Program-made: the position numbers and the translations under genes | Assembly (NCBI GenBank): GCA_938091115.1 | Contig: CALKNI010000005.1 | Location: 289-64,288, forward strand | Source: an uncultured Pirellulaceae bacterium | Lineage (GTDB): Bacteria; Planctomycetota; Planctomycetia; Pirellulales; Pirellulaceae | Direction: 5' to 3' | DNA: 64,000 nucleotides | The notes under the pieces: model-generated | Databases searched by the model: none | Seen by the model: only the letters and a program-made list of their open reading frames with translations | Told to the model about the DNA's origin: nothing | Part shown: piece after piece, positions 9,617 to 19,868 of the stretch | Position numbering within the stretch: position 1 is the stretch's first letter | How the letters are laid out: every line of letters starts with the position of its first letter

Positions 9617-10927
9617 ATTAAAAAACAAATAAAATCTAATTTTGGTTGGCTGGCGATCGATAAAAGCCTGGCGATCTTCCATTCACTAATTGTCGGTGCG
9701 ATGGTGGCAAAATATCTGGAACCTTCTAAGTTTGGCATTTTGGCAAACGCGATGGCGATCGGAGCCATCATGAGGCCGATCGTGTGCATAGGCAGCGACC
9801 AAGTCGTCACTCGACGATTCATTCACGAAGGCAAACGTGCAGGGCTCTATTGGACGATGTTCTGCACTCGAATAGCCCTCGGTTTGGCGGCCTGTATTAC
9901 CATCTTTCTCTGTCTCTGCTCCGGATTAGTCAAGCTGTCCGACCAGACAGAAGCGTGGGTCATTATCATTGCAACCGTGCCGCTCATCTTTAGTGGTTTC
10001 GAGTTATCTACTCTCTTGCTTCGAGCTGACTTGCTAAATAAATACGGTGTCATTGCAATTAATGTTGTACTGCTAGTTGTATCCGCCACAAAAATATTAC
10101 TGATCTATTTGGGAATGGACATCCTTTGGTTCGCGGCCATGAATGCCTGCAATGCCATTCTCGCTGGCATCGTCACCTTTCTAGTATCACAACGGCTTGG
10201 ATTAGTGCCAACATTTGAGCTTCCCAGTAAAGAAATATTCCGGGGAGTGATACGGGAATGCTGGCCGTTAATTATTTCATCATTGAGCGTAGTACTGTAC
10301 ATGAATGTTGACTGCCTCATGCTCCGAGCGATGGATAGCTCACAAGAAGCAGGAATTTATGCGGTCGCATCAAGACTGTCAATGGTTTGGTATTTCTTGC
10401 CAGTGGCCCTAGGGGCAAGCTTTCTACCCTGGCTGACAAAAATCTATCACGACAACCCCGATCAATACCGGGAAGCACTTCAACGTTACTTTGAAATCAA
10501 CGCATTGTTATCTTACGCCTGCGTGCTAATTGCATTTTTTACATTTCCAATATTGATTCATTTCTTGTTTGGCCCGAAATACCACGAATCTCTAGTTGTT
10601 TTTCAGGCTCACATTTTTGGCGTCATTTTTGTTTTCATGGGGACCGCTAGAGCACAGCATTTAAACCTCTCCAAAATGCATGTCTTTAACATGGCCTCTA
10701 CGCTTCTCGGACTATGCATTAATGTCGGTCTTAATTACTACTTAATTCCACTGTATTTCAGTTACGGCGCGGCGATCTCAACCGTGATTAGTTTTTCAGT
10801 ATCGGCTTACCTTTCCTCGTTTTTATTCCCTCAACTTTCCAGCATTGCAATGCAGCAAACCACAGCTTGGCTGACCTCGCCATTTAAAAGCTATTGTATT
10901 TTAAAAGAACTAATTTTTTCTCGATGA
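9617..10927 (+). CDS. wzx: Wzx-type polysaccharide flippase (start extended from 9701 to a putative ATT at 9617)
   Basis: Multi-TM; KSNFGWLAIDK...VAKYLEPSKFG, LYMNVDCLML, AGIYAVASRL, NVGLNYYLIPLYFSYGAAISTVIS; frame open back to TAA at 9545-9547. Confidence 0.85.
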   Translation: MKKQIKSNFGWLAIDKSLAIFHSLIVGAMVAKYLEPSKFGILANAMAIGAIMRPIVCIGSDQVVTRRFIHEGKRAGLYWTMFCTRIALGLAACITIFLCLCSGLVKLSDQTEAWVIIIATVPLIFSGFELSTLLLRADLLNKYGVIAINVVLLVVSATKILLIYLGMDILWFAAMNACNAILAGIVTFLVSQRLGLVPTFELPSKEIFRGVIRECWPLIISSLSVVLYMNVDCLMLRAMDSSQEAGIYAVASRLSMVWYFLPVALGASFLPWLTKIYHDNPDQYREALQRYFEINALLSYACVLIAFFTFPILIHFLFGPKYHESLVVFQAHIFGVIFVFMGTARAQHLNLSKMHVFNMASTLLGLCINVGLNYYLIPLYFSYGAAISTVISFSVSAYLSSFLFPQLSSIAMQQTTAWLTSPFKSYCILKELIFSR

Positions 10928-11646
10928 GCACTATCAAAAACAAATTGAAAGAAAAGATACTGCGTCCGGCTTTGCAAAAAATTGGATGCGGCTTTCTCTC
11001 ATCCGTGGGATTAGAGCATGTCGATATGCAATTAGTTTCTATCTTAAAATGGAAGAAAAATGGCTTCTTCATTGAAGCGGGGGCTAATGATGGCATCCGG
11101 CAAAGCAACACCTACTATTTCGAAAAGATCTTACGCTGGAACGGCTTGTTAGTTGAACCCATTCCGACTCAGGCAGAGAAATGCCGTAAAAATCGTTCGA
11201 ATTCTAAAGTCATCAACGCTGCCCTGGTTCGCCATGACTATCCTAACGATACCGTTTGCATTGAAATGGCTGACTTGATGTCTGTCGTTAACGACGGAAA
11301 TATTGAGCCGTCCATGGTTGAAAGCCATATCGCGCGAGGAAGAGAAGTCCAGCACCTTGAAAAGCAGGATTCGATCAACGTTAAAGCTACTACGCTGACC
11401 AAGCTCCTCAATGATTTGAAAGTTAGTCACGTCGATTTCTTTTCACTTGATGTTGAAGGATATGAAGCAGAGGTCCTCCGAGGGATCGATTTCTCAACCA
11501 TTACATTTGATTATATTTTTATTGAAACAAGATTAGAAAATGAAGATGAGATCGACAGTATTCTCACGGAAGCTAATATGGAAATGACACATCAATGGTT
11601 AAACCCTTCGTACTCCAACCGCCTTTATGCCAGGGTTGAAAATTAA
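10924..11646 (+). CDS. FkbM family methyltransferase
   Basis: GFFIEAGANDG, SNTYYFE, LLVEP, DFFSLDVEGYE; ATGA overlap with the wzx stop supports a start at 10924. Confidence 0.9.
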   Translation: MSTIKNKLKEKILRPALQKIGCGFLSSVGLEHVDMQLVSILKWKKNGFFIEAGANDGIRQSNTYYFEKILRWNGLLVEPIPTQAEKCRKNRSNSKVINAALVRHDYPNDTVCIEMADLMSVVNDGNIEPSMVESHIARGREVQHLEKQDSINVKATTLTKLLNDLKVSHVDFFSLDVEGYEAEVLRGIDFSTITFDYIFIETRLENEDEIDSILTEANMEMTHQWLNPSYSNRLYARVEN

Positions 11647-11700
11647 TTCACTCATTTACAAATCAAAAAATGAACAGCCCATTGCTCAACTGGTCCTAGA

Positions 11701-12915
11701 ATGGGTACCGGTAATTCTATGAACTCCAGTGCACTCCCAGCAATTGTGGTTGTCGGTTACAACCGCCCTGATTCGCTACAACGATTATTAAATAGTCTTA
11801 ATCTAGCTAACTACCAATTCGATAATATTGATTTAGTAATCAGTCTCGATTTCTGCGGCGGTAGCCTTGGTAGCTTAACTCAAAAAGTCGCCGCCTCTTT
11901 TGATTGGCAACATGGAACAAAACGAATCATTCTCCAACCAACCAATATTGGCCTGAGAAGACACGTGCTCGCATGCGGTGATTTGACCGAGTTATATAGA
12001 GCAATTATCTTGCTGGAGGACGATCTATCCGTTGGCCCAGATTTTTACCAATTTGCCAAAACAGCTTTAGAATTTTCTGACTCACATCAATCTATTGGCG
12101 GGGCCTCGCTCTACAGTCACAAGACAAACTTTTTAAATCAGCTTCCGTTTGAGCCCGTATACGACGGCCACGATAATTACTATTTACAGATTGCATCTTC
12201 TTGGGGGCAGGCCTGGACTCATGCACAATGGACTTCCTTTCGCACTTGGTACAACAGCATCGAAAAGTTGGAACAAGGCGGTTCTTCTCACTTAACCATA
12301 TTCGATGGAACCGTTCCTCAAGCAGTCATGAACTGGCCACCAACTTCCTGGCTTAAGTACTTCATCCATTATTTAGTTGCAAACGACAAATTTTTTCTCT
12401 ATCCCCATCACTCCCAAGCCACCAATCACTCCGACTCTGGCACCCATATCGACAAGCCCAATCATCGCTGGCAGGTGCCATTAGCTATAAAAAACAATGC
12501 ACATCGATTCTCCAACCCAGCTGAATCGCTCGCGGTTTACGATTCTTATTTTGAGATGTTACCTGAGAAATTAAAGCAGTTGGCCCCAATTCTTGGCGAA
12601 TTTGATTTTGATGTCGATCTCTTTGGAAACAAAGACCCTGGGTCTTTTAGCAAGCCGTATGTATTAACTTCGAAAAGACCGTCTGCTCATATATTACAAT
12701 TTGAGCTCGTTCGAAAACCGATGCCAGTTAACTTTTTGCGAGACACACCCGAGTCGAAGCGACCAATCTTTTATTTATGCCCAACGACCGACACTTCGTT
12801 TCAATCCGGACTATCGCTCGACAACATTAATGAAGTCGAATACTTTTACGGCCATTTGCCAATTCGAACCCTTTTAAAAAATACGTTCAAATACTTTTTG
12901 CAAAAACAAAAATGA
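11701..12915 (+). CDS. Glycosyltransferase, GT-A fold (GT2-like)
   Basis: IVVVGYNRPDSLQRLL, IILLEDDL (DxD-like), SSWGQAW. Confidence 0.82.
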   Translation: MGTGNSMNSSALPAIVVVGYNRPDSLQRLLNSLNLANYQFDNIDLVISLDFCGGSLGSLTQKVAASFDWQHGTKRIILQPTNIGLRRHVLACGDLTELYRAIILLEDDLSVGPDFYQFAKTALEFSDSHQSIGGASLYSHKTNFLNQLPFEPVYDGHDNYYLQIASSWGQAWTHAQWTSFRTWYNSIEKLEQGGSSHLTIFDGTVPQAVMNWPPTSWLKYFIHYLVANDKFFLYPHHSQATNHSDSGTHIDKPNHRWQVPLAIKNNAHRFSNPAESLAVYDSYFEMLPEKLKQLAPILGEFDFDVDLFGNKDPGSFSKPYVLTSKRPSAHILQFELVRKPMPVNFLRDTPESKRPIFYLCPTTDTSFQSGLSLDNINEVEYFYGHLPIRTLLKNTFKYFLQKQK

Positions 12916-13604
12916 ACTGGCTCATTAAAAACCCACTGACTCGATTGATAAGACGCGGCTGGCGCAACTTCAATCTCAAGCGTCGTTATCAGGGTTTTAT
13001 ACTCGGTCAACAAGTCGAAATCACTAACTGCAATTTTGGACGCTTCAATAAGGTTTGCGATCGCAGTAGATTGGCCAACTCAAAACTGGGGGATTACAGT
13101 TACGTTGGTACTGATGCAAAAATCTCCAACGCAATGATTGGTAAATTTTGTTCAATTGGCCCCAATGTAACTATTTCAATGGGAATGCATCCAGCGAAAA
13201 ACTTTACCTCTACCCATCCAGTTTTTTATTCTTTGACCTTTCCGTCCCATAACCGATTTGCAACAGAACAGGGGTTTATTGAACACGGCACTGTCACGAT
13301 CGGACACGATGTTTGGATTGGCCAAGGTGCGTCCATTTGCGACAATGTCACAATCGGCACCGGCGCTATCATTGCCGCGGGAGCCATTGTCACTGCCGAT
13401 GTCGCACCCTATTCAATTGTTGGCGGTGTTCCTGCAAAATTTATTCGCAAGAGATTCAAAACTGAACAAATCGAACAGCTGCTCAAATCTCAATGGTGGT
13501 CACAAAGCGACGCATTTCTATCTAAATATCACCGCGAATTCCATGACATTGAGTCCTTTATTAAAAAGATAATTCCGCAATTGAACCAAGATCAATCGCA
13601 ATAA
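12912..13604 (+). CDS. CatB/Vat-like hexapeptide-repeat O-acetyltransferase (polysaccharide modification)
   Basis: IGKFCSIG, IGHDVWIG, IGTGAIIAAGAIVTADVAPYSIVGGVPAKFIRKRF; ATGA-coupled inside the EPS operon. Confidence 0.87.
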   Translation: MNWLIKNPLTRLIRRGWRNFNLKRRYQGFILGQQVEITNCNFGRFNKVCDRSRLANSKLGDYSYVGTDAKISNAMIGKFCSIGPNVTISMGMHPAKNFTSTHPVFYSLTFPSHNRFATEQGFIEHGTVTIGHDVWIGQGASICDNVTIGTGAIIAAGAIVTADVAPYSIVGGVPAKFIRKRFKTEQIEQLLKSQWWSQSDAFLSKYHREFHDIESFIKKIIPQLNQDQSQ

Positions 13605-13608
13605 GCGC

Positions 13609-14241
13609 ATGAGTTATTTATTTGCCAAAATCATAAGATTTCCAAGCTACTATTTTTGGTATCTGTGCGCACGGATTCAATTCTCTACTCGAGGCGTAAG
13701 ATGGCCGAAGCATTTGACTGTCAAAGGGCCTTTGGGCTTAAGTGCAATTGGGAGAATCGAATTGGGCAGCCACATCACCATCGTGAATGACTCAAAATAC
13801 AACCGAGCAGGCATTAATCACCCAACTCAACTAGTTGCTGGTCGTGATGCTATTCTGAAAATTGGTAACCATGTAGGGATTTCCGGAGCTTCAATTTATG
13901 CAGAATCTTCCATTGAAATTGGAGATCATGTTTTACTTGGAGCCAACGCTCGAATCTATGACACCGATTTTCATCCCATACACTTTCAAGATCGCCTGGC
14001 TAAAACTTCTGCTAAAACGGCACCTGTTTTAATTGGTGATCATGTTTGGCTTGCTGCCAATGTAACGATTCTCAAAGGAGTCCACATTGGCGCTCGAAGC
14101 GTGATTGCAGCTGGCAGTGTCGTCGCTTCTGATATACCTGAAGATTGTCTTGCCGGCGGTATACCCGCGCGAGTCATTCGCAAAATCACTAAAGATGATC
14201 AGCACAAACAACTGGATTCCTATCCGAAGACCTCAAGCTAA
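13609..14241 (+). CDS. Hexapeptide-repeat acyltransferase
   Basis: IGNHVGISG, IYDTDFH, IGDHVWLAANVTILKGVHIG, GGIPARVI. Confidence 0.87.
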   Translation: MSYLFAKIIRFPSYYFWYLCARIQFSTRGVRWPKHLTVKGPLGLSAIGRIELGSHITIVNDSKYNRAGINHPTQLVAGRDAILKIGNHVGISGASIYAESSIEIGDHVLLGANARIYDTDFHPIHFQDRLAKTSAKTAPVLIGDHVWLAANVTILKGVHIGARSVIAAGSVVASDIPEDCLAGGIPARVIRKITKDDQHKQLDSYPKTSS

Positions 14242-14267
14242 TTGAATCGTAAACAAGGACTAAATCG

Positions 14268-15491
14268 ATCGCTGCGCCGTCAGTTTTAATTTACGAAAAT
14301 TTAATTTCTGGACACCGAGGTTACTACGTCCGTGTTTTAGCGGAAGAACTCCGAAGACTAGGATTTGAAGTCAAGTTATCACTTCCAGAAAACAGTTGCG
14401 AAACACCTGAAGGCAAGACTTTTTTTTCAGGTTTAATTGACGATCTGGAATTGATACCACTTCCTGAAATAAGATTGCCCTCGGGAAGAAAACGCGCCAA
14501 TCTGCAATTACAGATACTTCGAGAGACACTTCAAACCGTTCGACCTGATCACGCCTACATTCCCTATGCTGACGGCATCTCCCAAGCCTGGGGAATGCAG
14601 CGGAATCCAGCGAGTTTTTTTTCGAGTGACACAATTTTGGAAGGCTTAATGATGCGGGGTGGATTCGCGTATCCAGCCGCTAATTTGCAAGCCCGAATTA
14701 AAAATGAGATTTCATGGAAATTACAACAGAGAGCTGGGTGGAACAAAGTTCATTATCTTGATCCCTTGGTATTAAACGCTATCAAAAAACGAAATCCAAG
14801 CTACGCCAGAAGCGTATCCCTGATACCGGAAGCAATCGAACCCCTTACGATCAACGATCAATCCCAAGCCCTTCAATTATTGGGGCTCGAGCAAGGTGAT
14901 CCACTGATTGTCTGCCCAGGCGGGGTCAATGAAACGAAAGGGTCTGATCTACTCGCCCACGCAGTATCCCACCTTCCTCGCGATTTCTCCTGTCGGCTTT
15001 TGCTATTTGGTAAACATTCCAAGTATCTCGAGAAATTGTCACACAATTTCGCTCACGACAAACGTATCATTTTGAAAAATCAATTCGCATCTCGTGAAGA
15101 GTTTGACAGTCTCTTTACCGCAGCGGAACTTGTTGCAACTTGCTACCCTCGTCACATTGGGTCCGCGAGCATTTTAATCCGGTCAGCCGCAGCCGAAAAA
15201 AAAGTTCTTGCATCAGATTTTGGTTGGATTAAGTGGGCCTGTGAAAACTACAAACTTGGGCAGACATGCCAAGCCGGAAATGTGGCTGGCATTCGAGATG
15301 GGCTGATTCGAACTTTGCAATCTAAAGTCGATTCCAGCAATGAAAGTCAGCAGGCCAGAAAGTCTTTTGTCAACTACCATACACTAGCCAACCATACTGC
15401 ACATTTCACCAGTTTAATATGCAAACTACATGGAAAGCCCGCGCCAAAAACTTCTCCCTTTCCAAATCCAGTTTCAATGGATGGCTTTTGA
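14268..15491 (+). CDS. GT-B fold glycosyltransferase (start extended from 14451 to a putative ATC at 14268)
   Basis: In-frame N-terminal VLIYENLISGHRGYYVRVLAEELRRLGFEV upstream of the ORF-track start; C-terminal GGVNETKG, SASILIRSAAAEKKVLASDFG. Confidence 0.75.
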   Translation: MAAPSVLIYENLISGHRGYYVRVLAEELRRLGFEVKLSLPENSCETPEGKTFFSGLIDDLELIPLPEIRLPSGRKRANLQLQILRETLQTVRPDHAYIPYADGISQAWGMQRNPASFFSSDTILEGLMMRGGFAYPAANLQARIKNEISWKLQQRAGWNKVHYLDPLVLNAIKKRNPSYARSVSLIPEAIEPLTINDQSQALQLLGLEQGDPLIVCPGGVNETKGSDLLAHAVSHLPRDFSCRLLLFGKHSKYLEKLSHNFAHDKRIILKNQFASREEFDSLFTAAELVATCYPRHIGSASILIRSAAAEKKVLASDFGWIKWACENYKLGQTCQAGNVAGIRDGLIRTLQSKVDSSNESQQARKSFVNYHTLANHTAHFTSLICKLHGKPAPKTSPFPNPVSMDGF

Positions 15492-15511
15492 TTTCAGCGG
15501 CGCCGTAACTA

Positions 15512-16852
15512 ATGCTTCAAATAATAATTTACATCATAATAATTGCGCTGTTCGTGCTTGCAGTAGGCGTACTCGGCAAACCCGGCATTGCAATTGCTTT
15601 GGCATGGTCGATGATTGCGCTAGAATCCGTTCTGCAGCAGAGTAACCAATTTTTAGTTTCCAATTCATCATTTATTAACTTTTTTGTTGCAGGATTAGTG
15701 GGAATTACCATTGTTTGGGGAATCATCCGCGGAAAATATCGAAAACTTAAAATTCCAATTCAATGCTGGCTCTATTTGGTACTCATTACGTACTGCGCGG
15801 TCTCATATTTTTGGAGCCAAAGCCCCATAGATACCTACGACAGATTGAAGCTCCAGCTCCCTTATATAATTACGTTCTGCCTGTTGGCCCCAATGTGTTT
15901 GATTAATGCCAAGCAACTCAACACGGCAATTGCCGTCTTAATCTATTTCGGAATCCTTATCGTCATTGCGATCAACCTCAGCAAGATTGGCTTACGAGGT
16001 ATCATTATTGATTCCGTTCAAGGAAAAGCTGTCGAGGCCAACCCTTTGGCAGCCGCTTCGTTCTCGGCCTATGTTGGCTTTGCATCGTTGTTTTCAATTT
16101 GGGGCAAAAAATTATTGAATTTTAATTCACTTCTAAAACTCTGCTTTGTCGGATTTTGTGTTACCGCAATGTACGGTAGCGGCTCCCGCGGCCAGGTGAT
16201 CGCTTTTGCTGGAATTAGTGCGATCTTCCTTCCGCTGATTGCAGGCGTTGCAGCGAAACGATCAACCATTCTCGCCATCGTGGCTATTGGTATCGCCACT
16301 TTTGCTGTTGTCATCTTTGTCGAACAGACAGAGCTGACGACTCGATGGCAATATCAAAAGATGCTCGAAGATCAAATTGGGCGTTTTGATATGCTGAAAG
16401 AAGTAATGAAACATTGGATCTCTGCGGGGCCAGCAGCATGGGTCTTCGGAATTGGTTCATCGAGCTCCTTTAAGTATCTCAACGCTTATCCCCATATTGT
16501 TTTCGGTGAAACTCTGGCAGAAGAGGGAATCGTTGGTTTCATTTTATTAGTTGCAATCATTTCTATTACGTTCCGACAAGGGATTCAGTTAATGAGCAAC
16601 TCCAGTCTCCCGCCAGAGGTAAGGGTGAACGTCGGCATAGTCTTTGCCATCTTTACCTTTAATCTGCTGCTATCGTTTAAACAGGGAAGCTTGCTCAGTT
16701 CGGCGTCCACTGTTTTTTGTTTTGCGTTGATCATTGGTTGGCTTCACACAAGGTTGTTAAGAAGGAAGCAACAAGAAAACAAAAATTTTATTGCTAGTCA
16801 GCAATTACCCAATAGTAGCTTGGCACCATTAGGCCAAAAGAACCCTTCTTAA
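15512..16852 (+). CDS. O-antigen ligase / Wzy polymerase family membrane protein
   Basis: About 11-12 TM segments; GSRGQVIA, late loop with GR...FGIG...YPHIVFGETLAEEGIVG (conserved His). Confidence 0.8.
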   Translation: MLQIIIYIIIIALFVLAVGVLGKPGIAIALAWSMIALESVLQQSNQFLVSNSSFINFFVAGLVGITIVWGIIRGKYRKLKIPIQCWLYLVLITYCAVSYFWSQSPIDTYDRLKLQLPYIITFCLLAPMCLINAKQLNTAIAVLIYFGILIVIAINLSKIGLRGIIIDSVQGKAVEANPLAAASFSAYVGFASLFSIWGKKLLNFNSLLKLCFVGFCVTAMYGSGSRGQVIAFAGISAIFLPLIAGVAAKRSTILAIVAIGIATFAVVIFVEQTELTTRWQYQKMLEDQIGRFDMLKEVMKHWISAGPAAWVFGIGSSSSFKYLNAYPHIVFGETLAEEGIVGFILLVAIISITFRQGIQLMSNSSLPPEVRVNVGIVFAIFTFNLLLSFKQGSLLSSASTVFCFALIIGWLHTRLLRRKQQENKNFIASQQLPNSSLAPLGQKNPS

Positions 16853-16990
16853 CTGTTCACTTAAGCAGCGTCCGTAATCGCCACAAAAAAGTAATTCGGC
16901 AACAGTTCCTAACACTAACAAGAAACAATCATCACGGCCTTAATTTGCATTCGACATAACATTCGTTTTTGCTAATTCTCCCCTGCTAAA

Positions 16991-18142
16991 ATGCCTAACC
17001 AAAAAAACCTCAATTCAAAAAGGAACATTCGGCCAGTTGTTGTCCTACAATACTTGACGTTGATTCACTACCGAGAGTCGGTCTTCCATCGAATCGCCGC
17101 AGATCCTCGAATTGATTTTACAATATGCTGCGGTCAAAAATCACCGTATCAAAAAATGCGGAATTTTACTCCGCAGCCTCCACTAAAAGTTAAGTGGATC
17201 AAGAACTTTGTCATCAACATAACCCAAATGCACTTTCTTGTTTGGCAATGGGGAGCCATTGCGAACTTAATCCGGACACGCCCGAATGTCTTAATCTTAT
17301 TGGGAGCAGATCCGCATATCCTTTCAAGCTTTCCGCTATTCTTCCTCGCGAAAATCCTTAGAGTCAAAGTTTGCTGGTGGAGTCATGCTACGCTTTCTGG
17401 ACAAGGTTTTTTAGGTAGATGGTTTCGCTTGTTTTTCTACAAACATGCCGATGGAATTCTTGCTTATGATGAAGTGGGGCGGTTGAGGCTAGAAGAGGCT
17501 GGAGTTGAGCCCTCGACCATGACAACGATTTGGAATTGTTTGAATGACGCGGATTACAAGTCGTCAGCTAATGACCGGCAAGTTACTGAAAATAACTGCT
17601 CCATCCGTGTGCTATACATTGGCCGGCTTTATCACGATAAAAAAATGCACCTCTTAATCGAAGCAGCGGCAATCCTAAAAAATCGGGGCGTCGCTTTCGT
17701 GGTTGACATCGTAGGTGACGGCCCTGAATTAGTAGCCACACAAGAAAAAACAGTTGCCCTCAAACTCAATGACTTCGTTTGTTTTCACGGTGCAAAATAC
17801 GATGACGATCTAACGTCGTTTTTAGCCGATGCCGACATTGGCGTGATTCCCTCCTGGGCCGGGCTCTCTGCCATACAATACATGGCTGCCGGCATCCCTG
17901 TTATTACCGAAGAAAACCGAGGAATGAACCATCCTCCTGAAGTCTCAGCGATTATTGAAGATGAAACCGGGGCGTTTTTTGAATTTGAATCCGCCGAATC
18001 ACTGGCCAACACCATCGAGGCAACCTTTCCCAAGGTAAAAAACTTATCAAATTCATGTTTAAAATTAGTTCAAGAACGATTCACGCCCGAGGCCGTAAAA
18101 GAGGCTATCATTCTTGGTGTACTAAAAGTTAATGCTTCCTAA
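16991..18142 (+). CDS. Glycosyltransferase family 4
   Basis: HYRESVF, VLYIGRLYHDKK, IVGDGPE, GLSAIQYMAAGIPVIT. Confidence 0.88.
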   Translation: MPNQKNLNSKRNIRPVVVLQYLTLIHYRESVFHRIAADPRIDFTICCGQKSPYQKMRNFTPQPPLKVKWIKNFVINITQMHFLVWQWGAIANLIRTRPNVLILLGADPHILSSFPLFFLAKILRVKVCWWSHATLSGQGFLGRWFRLFFYKHADGILAYDEVGRLRLEEAGVEPSTMTTIWNCLNDADYKSSANDRQVTENNCSIRVLYIGRLYHDKKMHLLIEAAAILKNRGVAFVVDIVGDGPELVATQEKTVALKLNDFVCFHGAKYDDDLTSFLADADIGVIPSWAGLSAIQYMAAGIPVITEENRGMNHPPEVSAIIEDETGAFFEFESAESLANTIEATFPKVKNLSNSCLKLVQERFTPEAVKEAIILGVLKVNAS

Positions 18143-18225
18143 CTAAAGCCTGCTTCCATAAAACATACGTTGAAAATCAGCTATCTGGTATTTCCGGCGC
18201 TGTCCTTAGAAACCGACAAAGATTC

Positions 18226-18831
18226 ATGTTGGGAAAACTCAAACAACTAATCAAATCCAATAAGAGCCTTGCGTACAGCGTCCGTCGCTGCCGAACTTGG
18301 CTTTACGCAAATGTTCGCTGTGGCATCCGCAACTATGGTAATAATCTTCAACTTAACCGCGGAGCGGTGGTTTGCTTTCCTGACCTAAAAATTGGGCATG
18401 ATGTTTTTATCGGTTACGATTGTTATTTTGGTGTTCAGAATATTCAAATTGGCAATTACGTCCAACTCGCTCCAAAAGTTGCAATTACCGGCGGTGATCA
18501 TCTAATCGAAATCATTGGCACACCAATGGTCAAAACAGGGCTGGATGCCTCGCGAGAAATTCAAGCCACTCAAAAAGGTGTAGTAATCCAAGATGATGTA
18601 TGGGTTGGACTCGGGTCAATTATCATGGATGGGGTTACGATTGGCGAAGGTAGTATTATTGGAGCGGGGAGTGTGGTTACTAAAGATATCCCCCCCTATA
18701 CAATATTTGTTGGTTGTCCGGCAAAAAAAATTCGCGATCGGTTTTTAAATCAAAACGACCGAGTCGAACATAGTAAGAAAATCAATGGAACTTGGTATCG
18801 TTCGGTTGACGAAAAACAGGCACTGAAATGA
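18226..18831 (+). CDS. Hexapeptide-repeat acyltransferase
   Basis: IGHDVFIG, ITGGDH, IQDDVWVG, IGEGSIIGAGSVVTKDIPPY. Confidence 0.87.
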   Translation: MLGKLKQLIKSNKSLAYSVRRCRTWLYANVRCGIRNYGNNLQLNRGAVVCFPDLKIGHDVFIGYDCYFGVQNIQIGNYVQLAPKVAITGGDHLIEIIGTPMVKTGLDASREIQATQKGVVIQDDVWVGLGSIIMDGVTIGEGSIIGAGSVVTKDIPPYTIFVGCPAKKIRDRFLNQNDRVEHSKKINGTWYRSVDEKQALK

Positions 18832-19868
18832 ATATTCTCGTTACGGGAGGAACCGGATTCGTTGGTTCCGCTTTTTGCCATTTTCTTTCGGGCCAGGGTC
18901 ATTGCTGCACTTGCTTCGATTTGCATGAACCATCCAATGAACTTAATTACAAAGTTAAATTTATTCAGGGAGATGTCCGCGATATTGCCATGTTGAACAA
19001 AGCGATGGCTGGGATTGATGCGGTGATTCACCTTGCTGCGGCTCATCATGATTTTGGTATTTCCGAACAAACATTTCAGGATGTCAATGTTAGCGGCATG
19101 GCCAATGTTTGCGATTCAATGCAGCAAAACGGGGTTAAAAAACTTTGTTTCTTTTCAACCGTGGCTCTTTATGGGAAACAGGACTCTCCGCCTACGGAAG
19201 CGACTCCTCCGAAACCCAACTCGCCCTACGGTGCAACAAAATTAGCGGCCGAAAAAGTATGCATTCAGTGGTGCGAGGCCGACCAAAAAAACCAATGCTT
19301 AGTAATGCGGCCAACAGTTATTTTTGGCCCTAACAGCTTCGCCAATATGTATTCTTTAATTCAACAAATCGACAGCAGAAAATTTTTGCGAGTTGGCAAG
19401 ATGGCAAACATCAAAAGCCTCGCGTTCATCGATAACATTGTTTCTACCTCCATCAACCTTTGGATAAATAAAAATCTACCGAAACAAGGCATTGACTTCT
19501 TTAACTACGTTGATGTCCCGGACCTTTGCAGTCGCCAAATCGTCGAGAGTGTATATCTTGAATTCAATCTCAAAAAACCTGTTTTCTCGGTACCTCTTTG
19601 GCTCGCCCGTTTACTGGTTTTCCCTGTGGATTTATTGATCAAGATTACTGGAAAAAATCTACCGATCTCTTCGGCAAGAATCAATAAATTAGCGGTCACG
19701 AATACCCAAATTGACGCTTCAAAAGTTCACGAACTCGTCGGTCCACCCACAACATCCGTTACAGATGGCATCCGGGAAATGGTGAAGTGGTACCAATCAG
19801 AAGGTAAAGCCTGCTCAGTTCTTAATCGCAGGCCCCCCAGTAAATTTCAAGCGTCTTCAAATGCCTAA
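18828..19868 (+). CDS. NAD-dependent epimerase/dehydratase
   Basis: GGTGFVG, HLAAAH, FSTVALYG, YGATK, RPTVIFG. Confidence 0.88.
   Translation: MNILVTGGTGFVGSAFCHFLSGQGHCCTCFDLHEPSNELNYKVKFIQGDVRDIAMLNKAMAGIDAVIHLAAAHHDFGISEQTFQDVNVSGMANVCDSMQQNGVKKLCFFSTVALYGKQDSPPTEATPPKPNSPYGATKLAAEKVCIQWCEADQKNQCLVMRPTVIFGPNSFANMYSLIQQIDSRKFLRVGKMANIKSLAFIDNIVSTSINLWINKNLPKQGIDFFNYVDVPDLCSRQIVESVYLEFNLKKPVFSVPLWLARLLVFPVDLLIKITGKNLPISSARINKLAVTNTQIDASKVHELVGPPTTSVTDGIREMVKWYQSEGKACSVLNRRPPSKFQASSNA

Noticed and set aside
12912-13604. Chloramphenicol or streptogramin resistance gene (catB/vat)
   Set aside because: The hexapeptide fold is shared; translational coupling inside a glycan operon points to sugar O-acetylation
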